The translations under genes and the position numbers were made by a program. From Eledone cirrhosa (Eukaryota), in contig OZ024742.1 in the NCBI GenBank assembly GCA_964016885.1, positions 298,654,001 through 298,718,000 on the forward strand: a stretch of DNA of 64,000 bases, read 5' to 3'. The notes beneath the pieces were generated by a model. The model ran no database searches, had not been told where the DNA came from, and worked only from the letters and a program-made list of their open reading frames with translations. Below, in pieces: positions 1 to 17,440 of the stretch; the stretch's first letter is position 1; each line of letters opens with the position of its first letter.

Positions 1-716
<716 letters not shown>

Positions 717-1011
717 TGGCTGCCAACCCGTTTTCGAGTACGGCCACTACTTTATATCCATGTAGGAGAACCCCTACCGTTACGCTGAACGAGTGTGACC
801 TTTTAGTCCAGCCAGCGACTTGAAGACTCTGGTACAAACACTACACTTGTGACAATTATTGACACATAGTTTTGGGCCCATGGTACCATGTAACGAAAAG
901 TGCAGAGAGATCTCCAGATATAAAGCAATGCCTGTGCCGTGAAGCTTTTATAGTTAGCAAAGGCACTGCACAAAGCCAGTGCCACTCTCTTAACCAAGAT
1001 GATATTTACCA

Positions 1012-1014
1012 AAA

Positions 1015-1057
<43 letters not shown>

Positions 1058-1241
1058 AAAATAAATTTCCCCTTCTTTCAGTAAATGAAAATACTCGGCG
1101 TAGCTTAATTCGCCATGGGGCCCGGGGCGCGGCCGGTGTTTTAACAGCCACATAGTACCTTTAAATTACAGAACAAATCGGAACTATTATATAATTAAAT
1201 GTTAAACTGTTGAACTTTGAATTTTCTAACCTCTTTAATAT
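1012..1241 (+). repeat. Left arm of ~230-bp inverted repeat (partner 3022-3247), probably PLE pseudo-LTR/UTR-derived
   Basis: ttggaaaaataaatttcccc...ctctttaata is the reverse complement of 3022-3210 with one mismatch; the match continues across a (TA)n spacer (aaatgaa / ttcattt). Confidence 0.9.
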
Positions 1242-1845
1242 TGAATATTGATTATTAATTTTTTTAACTTCATCCTAGAAGTCTAAACACTGTAACACAC
1301 TGACTCCCAATATATTCACCTCTGCTAAGATGCGGGTCCCTGTGAACATTTTCTCGCGCCACTCCTGGCTTGACTGTGGTCTGACATTAATATCGACCTT
1401 TCTTCCTCTTTCTATCTTCCTTCTTGTAACCATCAACCCTTACTTTTCTACTTCTCTCTTCCCTTCCTTCTCTTCTCCCCTCCTCCTGTCTTCCTCCCGC
1501 AGACTTATCTTCCTTCCCCCTCTTGCTTGCCTATATCTGACCAGTAGTAGTTGCCTTTCTTCTTTTAGCTGACATTCACCCTGGCTTCTCTTCTTCTTTC
1601 TTCCCCCTTCTTCTCTCTCCTTCCTTTCTTTCTTTCTTTTACCTTGTGTCATGAGATCGACGTTAACTTATGCTCCCATCCCTTTCTGTTTTCGTTCATC
1701 TGACCGGTAGTAGCATACTATAAAATTTAGCCACGTCACTCCAGGGCGACCGGCTGAGGTTGAAGGAACAGAATAGCGGTCGCCATCGGGTCTCGATTTT
1801 CAGCCCCATGGATTTTACCTATTACATTCACGTATTATATTTCGA

Positions 1846-1903
1846 ATACCTGATGATATCACCGGATTCATACGGAACCCGGTGATTGAAATGATCATAG
1901 TAT
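1846..1903 (+). ncRNA. Minimal type I hammerhead ribozyme
   Basis: atac-CTGATGA-t atcaccgg..ccggtgat t-GAAA-tgatca-TA-gtat; stem I atac/gtat, palindromic stem III AUGAUCAU. Confidence 0.85.
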
Positions 1904-1949
1904 AATAAACCTTTCAAGGATTTACACAAATCCAGCCTCCTGTCATTTC

Positions 1950-2272
<323 letters not shown>

Positions 2273-2274
2273 TA

Positions 2275-2497
2275 AGGCGTGTGGTTGAGTGGTTAGAGAA
2301 TTCGATTCGCAATCGTAAGGTTGCGAGTTCGATTCTTGGACCAGGCGATGCGTTATGTCCTTGAGCAAGACACTTATTTCACGTTGCTCCTTCTGTCTGG
2401 AGTTGCAACCGATAGATAGTATTAGCAATTGGAAAGACCAACTGAAACATTATTCCCTAGGTCTGATTTGACGAAAGTCGATCGACTAAAAGAAAAG
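2275..2497 (+). mobile_element. tRNA-derived SINE (partial)
   Basis: A-box-like TGGTTGAGTGG, B-box GAGTTCGATTC, then tccttgagcaagacactt; related copies at 39209 and 54935. Confidence 0.75.
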
Positions 2498-3021
<524 letters not shown>

Positions 3022-3205
3022 ATATTAAAGAGGTTAGAAAATTCAAAGTTCAACAGTTTAACATTTAATTATATAATAGTTCCGATTTGTTCTGTAATTT
3101 AAAGGTACTATGTGGCTGTTAAAACACCGGCCGCGCCCCGGGCCCAATGGCGAATTAAGCTACGCCGAGTATTTTCATTTACTGAAAGAAGGGGAAATTT
3201 ATTTT

Positions 3206-3244
<39 letters not shown>

Positions 3245-3247
3245 TTT
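3022..3247 (-). repeat. Right arm of inverted repeat (partner 1012-1241)
   Basis: Near-perfect reverse complement of 1012-1241. Confidence 0.9.
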
Positions 3248-3257
3248 ATATATAACT

Positions 3258-6024
3258 CATGGTGGGGTTTCTCTGTATATCCGTGAAGATGTCACACCAA
3301 TTGTACTGTTGACACATTCAAACTCAGTCTGTGACACACTGATAATACATATGAAGCAACTACAGACGGTAATATGTGTCACATATCGGCCGCCCGATGC
3401 CCCCAGTCATGAGGGTAAATTTGAGGATAGCCTAAGTAGGATAGAAGAGGTCCTTGACAAACTGGACCAGGGTCTCAACATCGTACTGCTGGGAGACTTC
3501 AACCTACCAAAGGTCAAATGGCCTGAGGGCCACCTCCTCCCTGGAATGACGTCAATAGAACAGAGACAGACGGAATCCCTGCTGGCCCTCACACACAGGC
3601 TGTTCATGGAGCAAGCAATACTCCTCCCAACAAGAGGCGAAAATGTCCTGGACCTCTGTTTTACAAACAACGAAGTGCTCATCCACAATGTAAAGGTGAC
3701 ACCAACAATTCTCTCGGATCATAACTTAGTAGAGCTAATGATATGTGGTCCAAGAGAACCAACAGAGACAAAACCACCAAGAAGCTCCGGGACGCTATCC
3801 AACCTTAACTTCTACAAGGCTAACTGGAAAAAGATAAAGAGTGAAATCCGGAAGCAAACATGGAGTGAAAACATCGCCACACAAGACACTAACACACAAT
3901 TTCAACACTTCATGACAACGATACACATCATATGCAAAAAGTGTGTCCCGGAGAAAGAGGCAAACAGACACAAAAATCTTATTCCCAGAGATAGGAAAAT
4001 CCTTATGAGACGTAGAACTAAACTCTCAAACCAGTTGAATAGTCAACAAAACCAAAACAAGAAGGAATCCTATTTGAAACGCGCACTACTTGACACCGAG
4101 ATTGCACTCAAACTTTCACATGAGAATGAGAGGGCAAAGAAAGAGAACAGGGCCATAGAAAACATTAAAACAAACCCTAAGGCCTTCTTTAAATTTGCAA
4201 AAGAAACTGCCTCAGTACACTGAAAGATTTGACCACTCTTCCACACGGACGGTTCATTAACCGAAAATCCCCAAGAGATATGTGAAATACTGAACGAACA
4301 GTACAAAAGTGTCTTCACATGTCCACTGAGGCACATGCAAATAACGAAGCCAGAGGAGTTCTTTGATGCCACAAGAAATGGCAACCATCAACTACATAGA
4401 CATAACGGAGGAGGATGTGGTGTACGCCATTGATGAAATTAGAACAGACTCGGCTGCTGGACCTGATGGATTCCCAGCAGTTCTCCTAAAAATATGTAAG
4501 CGGGCCTTAGCAACTCCACTGAAGATGCTCTTCAGAAGCTCCTTGGCTAGCGGTGTACTACCCAGGGAGCTGAAAGAAGGCACAATATGCCCTATCCATA
4601 AAGGAGGTAGTAGAGCGGAGGCCAAGAACTATAGGCCAGTCTCCCTGACGTCGCATATCAGTAAGGTCATGGAGCGAGTCGTCAGAAAGAAACTAATCAC
4701 TTTCCTCGAAGAAAATGACCGCCTGACTAGCACGCAACATGGCTTCCGCCCAGGAAGAAGCTGCCTTACACAGCTGCTACATCACTACGACTGGGTACTG
4801 AGACAACTACTAGACAGCTCACATGTAGACGTGATATATCTTGACTTTGCGAAGGCCTTTGACAAGGTCGACCACGGAATGATATGTCAAAAACTACACG
4901 GACTCGGCATAACTGGAGAGGTAGGTGAGTGGCTGCATGGCTTCCTAAGGGACAGAAGCCAGGCAGTCGCAGCAAATGGGGCCCTCTCGAGGGAAACACC
5001 GATAACAAGTGGGGTGCCCCAGGGGACAGTCCTGGGACCACTACTGTTTTTGGTGGCTCTCTCGGACATGCCCTCTGTGGTGCATGCAACAACATCCCTC
5101 ACTAGCTATGCTGATGACACTAAGGTGGCGCGGGCAATCAAAAACCCGGCTGACGCTGCCCTCTTACAGCAGGATCTGGATGCCATATACAGATGGGCGG
5201 AAGAAAACAACATGCAGTTTAATGCTGACAAATTCCAAGCCCTACAATACAGGCCTGCAAACACAAACACAAATATAGCGGAACACAGCTGCACAGGACC
5301 AGGAGGGACCGATATCCCCGTGTCAAAATCGATACGAGACTTGGGCATAGACATGAGCGATGATGCATCTTTTTCTTCACACATCATGAAGGTGGCGAGA
5401 ACAGGTAGACGATTCGCTGGCTGGATCTTGAGGACTTTCCTTACAAGAGATCGAGACACCATGTTGACACTGTGGAGGACTTTTGTCCTAAGCCGCCTGG
5501 ACTACTGCTCCCAGCTGTGGTCACCCCATAGTGTCAAACTAACCACGGAGCTTGAAGCAATCCAGCGAAGCTACACCAAGAGGATTGCCAAGATGAGGGA
5601 GACAAGCTACTGGGAGAGGCTGAAGGAACTGAACCTCTACTCCTTGGAGCGAAGACGGGAGAGATACGCAGTGATCTACATGTGGAAAATCCTGGAGGAA
5701 CTAGCACCAAACTTTGGCATTGGGAGCTGGACCAACCGTCGAACAGGACGTCACTGTGTGGTGCCAAAGGTCCCGTCTTCCACATCTAGAATAAGGAGCA
5801 GGTATTGCAATAGCCTGGGATTCAAGGGCCCTCAACTCTTCAACAGGCTGCCGAGGCATCTGCGAGACTTGCATGACGTGGAGGTGGATGTCTTTAAGAA
5901 ACATCTCGACACCTTGTTATCCAGGATCCCGGATGAGCCCACAGCAAGACACGAGGGAAACCTAAGGGCAGCAGCAACAAACTCCCTCCTACACCAGTGG
6001 CCAACCTATACAGGCTGGAGATAA
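3258..6024 (+). pseudogene. LINE ORF2 (APE-RT) disrupted by two TGA stops (~4221, ~4230) and a frameshift near 4365-4390
   Basis: ORFs 3309-4223 and 4363-6024; the first frame reads on through the stops (KI*PL...LNEQYKSVFT) before shifting into the RT frame. Confidence 0.88.
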
Positions 6025-6099
6025 AATGTGTAGCAACAAGGGCGGTGCCCCAGCATGGCCTCAGCCGGATGGCTGAAACAGGTAAAAGAGTAAAAGAGT

Positions 6100-6100
<1 letters not shown>
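3258..6100 (+). mobile_element. 5'-truncated CR1-group LINE (APE endonuclease + RT) inserted in (TA)n
   Basis: APE motifs GGVSLY, YRPP, GDFN, LDL, SDH; RT motifs QHGFR, YLDFAKAFDKV, GVPQGTVLGP, YADD; C-terminal YWERLKELNLYSLERRRER; 3' hairpin and (TAAAAGAG)2 tail. Confidence 0.93.
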
Positions 6101-6154
<54 letters not shown>

Positions 6155-6241
6155 TATATATATATACATATATATACATACATATATATATATACATATA
6201 CGATATTAAATAAATGGAAATTATATTTATAAAACCATATT

Positions 6242-6307
6242 TATTTCATTATATATATTTCAGGGATATCATATTAAAAATATGTTATGCCTTCCTCAGA
6301 CAAAATA
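6242..6307 (-). ncRNA. Hammerhead ribozyme, antisense copy in inverted pLTR
   Basis: Reverse complement of 10927-10992. Confidence 0.8.
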
Positions 6308-6498
6308 CAATATATATCAGTTATATCAGTTATAAATATTTACTCGTTGTAACCCAACAATTTAAATAAAACTTTGCATATATCTTGCTCCAATACTGTT
6401 GAGCGCTTTATATTATAACTGAAAAAATGGAATTCTTTAAGATTTCTTCCTCTTTAAAAGACATACCTCTACCTAGAAACAAAGACTTTATTAAACAA

Positions 6499-7448
6499 CT
6501 AGCAGTAAAGCCCGGCGTTGCTCGGGGTCGCTCAGTAGCTGTGTTAAAGTTACAATGTTAAGTTTCTTTTTTGGCTTAAAAACTGTAGTGTCTACTGTGC
6601 AGACTTGCATGTGGTGTTTTTGATTAATATTCCCTCAACCAACAATATGCCTTATGAAGTTAAGAAAACATAACGATAACCCGAATGTTATAACAAAAGA
6701 GGATGCTGGGGATAGAAACTGCACTGGTTATTTATTAACAAAGATCGAAAATGTAAACACTGCAACGCAGACAAAAACATTAGCGTAACCAAATTATCAG
6801 TTATGTCTGTCTGCACGCCTATATCACCTCTCTGCACGACTGTCTGTCTGCACGCCTATATCACCTCTCTGCACGACAGTCTGTCTGCACGCCTATATCA
6901 CCTCTCTGCACGACTGTCTGTCTGCACGCCTATATCACCTCTCTGCACGACTGTCTGTCTGCACGCGTATATCACCTCTCTGCACGACTGTCTGTCTGCA
7001 CGACTGTCTGTCTGCACGCCTAACGACCAAATATTTGCTTGTTTTACGTAGTCTTTAAATAGACTTGTTTTCAAGTAAAAATATTGTTTTAAAATGCTTT
7101 TAAATGGAAATGAAGCAAAACGGAAGCTTAGTGTTCGAACTGATGAATTTTGCAGGTCAATATTTTGCTGGCTCGACAACTGTTCGTGTATTGTAATTTT
7201 TTACGTAAGACGCTCAATGTAAACAGAACAAAGGGAAATAACTGATAACTTACGCTCAAAAATCGATACATTATATTCGATTTCGTCAGATAGGGTGGGT
7301 CAATTTGAAATTTTTTTTTTCCGATGTCTTCGCTAGGGCTCAATGTACAAGTATAGCAATTTCGGTGCAATTCCGTGAGAGATTCTAAGAGGAGATGTGT
7401 GCCAAAAATCGATAGACAGACAGACAACCACAGTTTTATATATATAGA
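6499..7448 (-). mobile_element. Non-autonomous Helitron (~950 bp)
   Basis: Minus strand starts TCTATATATATAAAA and ends with GC hairpin cccgagcaacgccggg + ctttactgCTAG; no TSD; removal restores the PLE frame. Confidence 0.88.
6805..7021. repeat. ~37-bp minisatellite (ctgtctgtctgcacgcctatatcacctctctgcacga)n inside the Helitron
   Basis: About 5-6 units with partial deletions. Confidence 0.9.
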
Positions 7449-10400
7449 ATAATAGATAAATCTGACTCTTTTATAAGGAGAATCAGGTGGCGGGCATTCC
7501 ACTTTGATAAATCTAATATAAATGAAAATGTCTCGGACTTAGACAAAGTTTTCAAATCTAAAAGAAATCCACCCCCCAACAAACTTTTATTTGACTTTGA
7601 AAACGATATAATTTCTATCATACAAGGAGTCAAATTCAAGAGAAACTTCAAAGGCCAGGAATATCTGAAAGGCATTAAGGATAATATTGAGAGCTTAGAG
7701 AAAACTGAGAAGATCTTGGTGAAATCTGACAAGACCAACAACCTCTATGGAGTGCAAAAAGACATGTATAATGGCCTCATACTGAAAGAACTGAGGAAAA
7801 AGTACAAGGTAGCAGATAAGGCCGAGCTTGAGAAAATGAATGTTGAGGCATCTTGTATAATACATGAGTTGAAAATTGAGAACAGAACACAACCTTTCGT
7901 GCCCAGGAAACCGAAGATCAATATGAAAGATCACAAAAGAAATTTTGAAAATGACCTGCCAGTCAGATTGATTGCACCATCAAAATCGGACCTGGGTAAA
8001 CTAAACAAAAACATTCTAGACAGGGTGATACAGCAAATTAAAAACTTGAATTGTTTACCTAACTTGAGCTTGTGGAAGGGAACTGGAGAGGTTGTTGAGT
8101 GGTTTAAAGAAATTAAATATAACAATAATAATAAGTTTATTCAACTAGATATTGCTAACTATTATTCATCTATTACCCCTAATCTACTAAATAAGGCACT
8201 AAATTACGCATTCAAACATACAGACCTAACTAGCAATGAAATGCACATTATATTATCGGCTAGGAAAACATTGATAGAATTTAATGACCAACTATGGACC
8301 AGAGCAGATAGAGATAACAATTTCGACATTACTGTGGGATCATCCGACTCAGCTCAGGTAACTGACCTTGTGGGCCTATTTTTAATCAATTCGCTGCATA
8401 GGAAAATACCCGGTGCTACCGGAGGTTTACATAGAGATGACATGCTTTTACTTATTGAAAATAATAACTCTGAACTAAATAGAAAAAGAAAACAAATTAC
8501 ACAATTTTTTAATTACTTTAATCTAAAAATAGAAATTGAGAATAACCATAGAATAGTCAATTTCCTAGATGTAACATTAAATCTCAACACATGTCTTCAC
8601 TATCCATTTCACAAGTTGAATGAAAACTTAAACTATGTCAGCTTTAACTCTAACCACCCCAGATCTGTTAAAAATACTATAGTAAACTCTGTTCAAAAAC
8701 GTATCTCTAGAATCTCATCTAATAAAAAGATTTTCGACGAAAAAGCCCAGTATTACAATGAAGCGTTAGCTAGACCAGGATATAGTGATAAAACTATGTA
8801 CATAGATAATAATAGACAAACTAACCAAAATAACAACTATTTTAATTACGGCAACAACTTTAACAACTATAATAGAAAGCATTACAATAATTCCAAAAGC
8901 CAAAAAAGAAATAGAACTAGGAATATAATATGGTTTGCCCCCCCTTTCTCACTAAACATTAAAACCCACATCGCTAAACTATTTTTTAATGCTCTTGATA
9001 ATCGCTTCCCTAGAACACATAGGTATCACTCAATTTTCAATAGACATACTATAAAATTAACCTACTCATCCACCAAAAATTTAGCACAAAATATTAATAG
9101 AATAAATAATAGGAATTTAAAACCTAGCCAAAATACCGATAATAGCATAAATAATATCCAAGTTAACAAATGTAACTGTAGAGATAGATCTAAATGTCCG
9201 TTAAATAACAATTGCTTAGTTAAGAATATAATATACAACTGTAATGTTAAAACGGACTCAAATTCTTTTAACTATGTTGGTTCCACCTCGACAGACTTTA
9301 AACTTCGCTATAATAACCACAAGATTTCTTTCACAGATCCAAGCAAAAAATCTTCAACAGCGCTATCAGGCTTACTCTGGCAACTTAGGCATGATAACGT
9401 TGGATATTCGACGGCTTGGAATATAGTCTCAAGAGGGATTCCTTTTAATTCATCCTCTGAGACATGTGACCTCTGCGCGGAGGAGATATTCTTTATACTA
9501 AAATCTAAAAATTCCCTTAATTTACGGACAAATTTATTCAGTTGCTGCAGAAATAGATTGAACTCAACTTTTAAATATAAATATAAATTTAAAATGTAGT
9601 ATATTTAGTTTGATTTATAATTACTTATGAAACTCGCCGATAAATCTTTCGATTTCTTTTTTATTTTAAACATTCTTCATGAATAATTAAACTACCCTAA
9701 AAGCTGATGCTCCAAATATATCGAATAAATTTTACACTAGATAAACTTGTATATTAAATATTAGAACATCCTAAACTTTTGGAATGTTTTCTGCTAGACA
9801 GGATTTGGTAAATAATTTTTGGTTTTGTTTGCTTTTGATTCTGATGCTTATAACGAACTTGGCAATATATTGTCAATTAACTTTGAAGGGTTGATCTCTG
9901 TGGTTGATTTGCGGGGCATACTATGTTTTATTTTTATTTTTAATATTTTTAATATTTTTATTTTTAATATTTTTTTGATTTTCTGTTTATTTTTTTGTTT
10001 CTGATATTTTTATTGATATATTGATATCTGTTCTCTATTTATGCTTGAACGATAATCATGTAGAGTAAAGACAAGAATAGTATTGTTAAAATTAATGTAG
10101 ACTCTATATATATTTGTGTGTATGTACACATATATGTATACTAGAATTTTTATAGCACAATGAGAATGTTTTCGTGTGAAATAGGAATTTGCAGAGCTCA
10201 TCACGTAAATTCACATGGATGTCTATAGTATCGAATCTGGGATAACCTTCTATTTTATCTCAACTCTGATATAAACCTAGGAATTTTAAACTAGACATAT
10301 GATCATTATTTTTCACACATTATTGATACGTGTCTCATTCATGAATACTGATATTTACATTATAATGCCTGATTTATACGAATTGATATTTTTACATTGA

Positions 10401-10630
10401 TGAAACATAGTGTTTTAAATCTGCCTCGTTTATGTCTGGATATTTTTCTTTTCTCTCTATGTAACGGCTGTTTTCTCTCCTAACCACATATATCTCTCTC
10501 TACATTAATACTAGAGCTAAATAAATAAATAAATAAATAAATAAATATATCATTGATACGTCATTCAACTGGTGCCCAACTACCTATTTTCTTTTTCTCT
10601 ATCTCTATCTATATCTATCTCTCTATATTT

Positions 10631-10664
<34 letters not shown>

Positions 10665-10926
10665 ATCTATCTCCCTCTGTGTTTTTTCCTCTCTCTATAT
10701 ATCTCTCTCTGTTTCTTTACATGAATTTCTTCTCTCTATCTATGTCTCTATATCTATCTCTCTCTATTTAGTTGCATGCATTTCTTCTTTTTCTTCGTTT
10801 TTCATTCTTTCTTTCTTTCTTTTTATAACTGTCCATAATATTTTTCACTACCAAGTCAACTTTTCAAATGCAAGTCGAAGTTGAAAGGTATGTCGAATCT
10901 ATCTAATTATAAGACTGTTTATATTG

Positions 10927-10992
10927 TATTTTGTCTGAGGAAGGCATAACATATTTTTAATATGATATCCCTGAAATATATATAATGAAATA
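10927..10992 (+). ncRNA. Minimal hammerhead ribozyme in 3' pLTR
   Basis: tattttgt-CTGAGGA-agg..catatt/aatatg..cct-GAAA-tatata-TA-atgaaata; stems I and II pair; palindromic stem III. Confidence 0.85.
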
Positions 10993-11119
10993 AATATGGT
11001 TTTATAAATATAATTTCCATTTATTTAATATCGTAAATATACTCCAAATACTTGTTGAGTGCTTTTATATCAGTTATAAATATTTACTCGTTGTAACCCA
11101 ACAATTTAAATAAAACTTT

Positions 11120-12126
<1,007 letters not shown>

Positions 12127-12198
12127 ATAAATAACAAAGAACGCCTATAGCATATGCATATCTTTACTTGCTAACATTGTTTCATCCGCACTATAAGT

Positions 12199-12657
12199 GA
12201 TCATTCTGAGAATAGCATCACCAGAGGTTGTAACTGTAGAAGGGCTTCAGGCTGCCCCCTGAATGGTTTCTGCCTTGTTAGAAACATAGTTTATGCGTGT
12301 GATGTGGTAACTACGGCGTCCACTAAAACCTATATAGGATCAACCTCCACCCCCTTTAAGACCAGGTTTAACTCTCACCAATGCACTTTTAGACATAATA
12401 AACTGAGGAACTCCACCTCCTTGGCAGCGTACGTCCATAATTTAAAAAATGCACGAACACATTACACACTTACTTGGCGGCAGGTTGCTAAATCCCATCC
12501 ATATACTCCTCATAATAGAGTATGTAACCTATGCCTTGCCGAATCCCACTCTATTATATTTGCTAAATGCCCTCTACTAAATAGAAAGTCTGAAATATTT
12601 TCCTCTTGCCCCCACCGAATATTAAGCTCTTTCTTCTACTTTAAACCTGTTAGCTAG
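12199..12657 (+). pseudogene. GIY-YIG endonuclease domain of truncated PLE
   Basis: GCNCRRASGCPLNGFCLVRNIVY...TYIGSTSTPFKTRFNSH...CNLCLAE...LNRKSEIFSSCPH*; no start codon, RT missing. Confidence 0.9.
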
Positions 12658-13903
12658 CACTTCCTTATTTCTCCAGCTGGGCTATCTTGTGTAACTGTCT
12701 CTGATTGTGTGTAACTGTCTCCTATTGTTGGTCTTCTATGTATACGAGTCGGTGAGTGTATACGTATGCCTGCGGGAGGATATTGATCTGGATATTGGGG
12801 TGTACAGGTGAGTGGGTGTGTATGTTAATAAGCACCCCTGTTTGGCACAGCGGATGTAACCCATCCACGCTCGCCTACCCACCATTGGTGCATTGGTGGG
12901 TCTATCCTGACGTATATCTTGTGGATCTGTACCTCTGTATGCGCATGAGTTGTGATGTAATGTATCTATGTAGAGCGTGTACTGTGATATAGGCTGCACT
13001 AATAGAAATTTAGCCTGTAACTGTGGGCGGACCTGTGCCATCCCGCCGTAAGCAGTAGATACGTGGCGCATGTACGTGTTGCCCTCATATTCTGTGGTCT
13101 AAGATCTACAGGCTGACTTCTGGGAGCTCTTGCCCAGGGTTGTAGTCTTTCTAGCACGATCGGCCTTCCGTATATTGACGGTCGTTGTTATGATCCCGAA
13201 AGTAACGTTTTGGCCCCGATAGCCCTCCGTAGTTACTAACGGTCTGTGTACACTTGAATCGGGCAATGGCACGTGCGGACACGATTATCTCCGTAGGAAT
13301 TCAACTTTATTTTACTACATCTCATCGTATGTATTTATTTTGAATGTATTATCCGTGGTGGTGGGTCTTGCCTAATGTGGTATTTCGGTGTTTAATATCA
13401 GCTTTGACCCGGGTGTCCTACGCTCTGTGTGTGTGCGTGTGTGTCTGTGTATACATTTATATGTGTATGGGTGTAGGTGGTTGTATATGTCTGTATATAA
13501 AAAAATATATATATATATATGTATACCGTCTCTGCATATGCATGTGGTGTGTATATGTACATATACGTGCTGAACATATTGATGTGTACAATCTTGTGAT
13601 GTCCCAATGCGGTGACTTCATGGCTCTTGAAGCTATTTTTTTATATATCTTTTGTATTTTTATATATCTTTTGTATGCGCTCCAACTGTGTCTGCTTGCT
13701 TTGGCTAACCCGCCTGCACCTCGCTTGCTACTGCACGTGAATTCTCCTACCTTCCTTCGATGCACCTCTGTTTGACCATTGGACTCCTGCCCGGGTGTGA
13801 ACCGGTTTGTGATTACCCCACCGCTCAACTGTGTGAATGCACACCCGTGACTTTCGAGTGAACTTTTGAGACTGCCCAACCTGGGACGCCTCCATTGCCT
13901 TGC

Positions 13904-14075
13904 AATGGTCAAGTGATACTGGTGACTGTGACACTTAGTGCCTTCGTGGGCCCCTGATATTTTCAAGAAATATATTTTATAAAAAAAAAAATGGTTAAGT
14001 GATACAGATAACTGTGACACTTAGTGCCTTCGTGGGCCCCTGATATATTCAAGAGATATATTCTAAAAAAATATA
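13904..14075. repeat. Tandem duplication of an ~86-bp unit
   Basis: aatggtYaagtgatac..actgtgacacttagtgccttcgtgggcccctgatat.. occurs twice. Confidence 0.88.
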
Positions 14076-14089
14076 TATCTTATCTCAAT

Positions 14090-14165
14090 TTACTTTATTT
14101 CATTTTATTTTATTTTACTTCACTTCATTTTATCTAATTCTATTTATTTACTTATTTAATTTCAT

Positions 14166-14196
<31 letters not shown>

Positions 14197-14209
14197 CTTA
14201 TTTGTTTAC

Positions 14210-14253
<44 letters not shown>

Positions 14254-14460
14254 ATTTAATTTTAATTTTAATTTTATTTATTTATTTAATTTAATTTATT
14301 TATTTATTTATTTATTTAATTACATTTAATTATATCTTATATTATATTATTTTACTTTAGTCTATTTTATTTTATTTTAGTTTACCTTATCTTATCTTAT
14401 TTTATGATTATATTATATTATGTTCTATTTTATATAATTTTAATTTTAATTTTATATTAT
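14090..14460. repeat. (ATTT)n / AT-rich low complexity
   Basis: Direct reading. Confidence 0.85.
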
Positions 14461-14871
14461 TTTATTTCATTCCTTACCCTGTATCACTATTATCTGTATA
14501 TTTTATATTTTATATGTAAGTTTGTTATATATTTCTTTATATTTTCTTATATATATTATAAGTCTGTTTTTCACCTATTTTTTACCTACTCCTACCTAAT
14601 CCTATCTATCTTATCTACTCTTGTCTGTTCTCTTATCCATGTGTATGCTTGTATGTAACTATATGTTGACAGCACCCCGCCCAACTGTGACTGATAGCAC
14701 CCCTTATTTTTCATTGTTTATTTTATTATTTTTATTTTTATTTTTTATTTTTATTTTTATTTTTATTCTTATTTTTACTTTTACTTCCTTAATATCCTTT
14801 ATCTTCTATTATTTTTCATTCTTCAATGTCTTGGATTTGTTATTGCTTGTATGGTATGTAATTAACCTTTA

Positions 14872-14917
14872 TGCTCTGATGAGTCCCACTTATAGTGCGG
14901 ATGAAACAATGTTAGCA
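14872..14917 (+). ncRNA. Minimal hammerhead ribozyme
   Basis: tgct-CTGATGA-gtcc cact tat agtg c ggat-GAAA-caatg-TT-agca; GUU cleavage triplet. Confidence 0.88.
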
Positions 14918-15051
14918 AGTAAAGATATGCATATGCTATAGGCGTTCTTTGTTATTTATTATATCACGGCTCTGTCCTCAGACATCGAGCTAACCTTATA
15001 CTGTCTGCTGGATAGGTGGAGTGTCATACACCCCTGATCCTCTCCCTAGTA

Positions 15052-17440
<2,389 letters not shown>

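Larger units (their letters stand above)
6427..9599 (+). pseudogene. PLE RT + GIY-YIG polyprotein (~740 aa reconstructed), interrupted by a Helitron at 6499-7448
   Basis: 6427-6498 MEFFKISSSLKDIPLPRNKDFIKQ joins in frame to 7449 IIDKSDSFIRRIRWRAFHF, then VKSDKTNNLY, QLDIANYYSSI, GSSDSAQ, HRDD, NFLDVTL, CNCx5CPLx3C, IIY..YVGST, CDLC; no stops in 7449-9599. Confidence 0.9.

Noticed and set aside
815-960. Possible hammerhead (TTGAAGA..tggtac/gtacca..GAAA)
   Set aside because: No convincing stem I or stem III/UH closure
4221-4232. Two close in-frame TGA codons in LINE ORF2 as programmed readthrough
   Set aside because: More simply decay substitutions; the copy is also frameshifted and 5'-truncated
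6805-7021. CRISPR-like regular repeats (also 19445-19530)
   Set aside because: Head-to-tail minisatellites with no unique spacers, in a eukaryotic context
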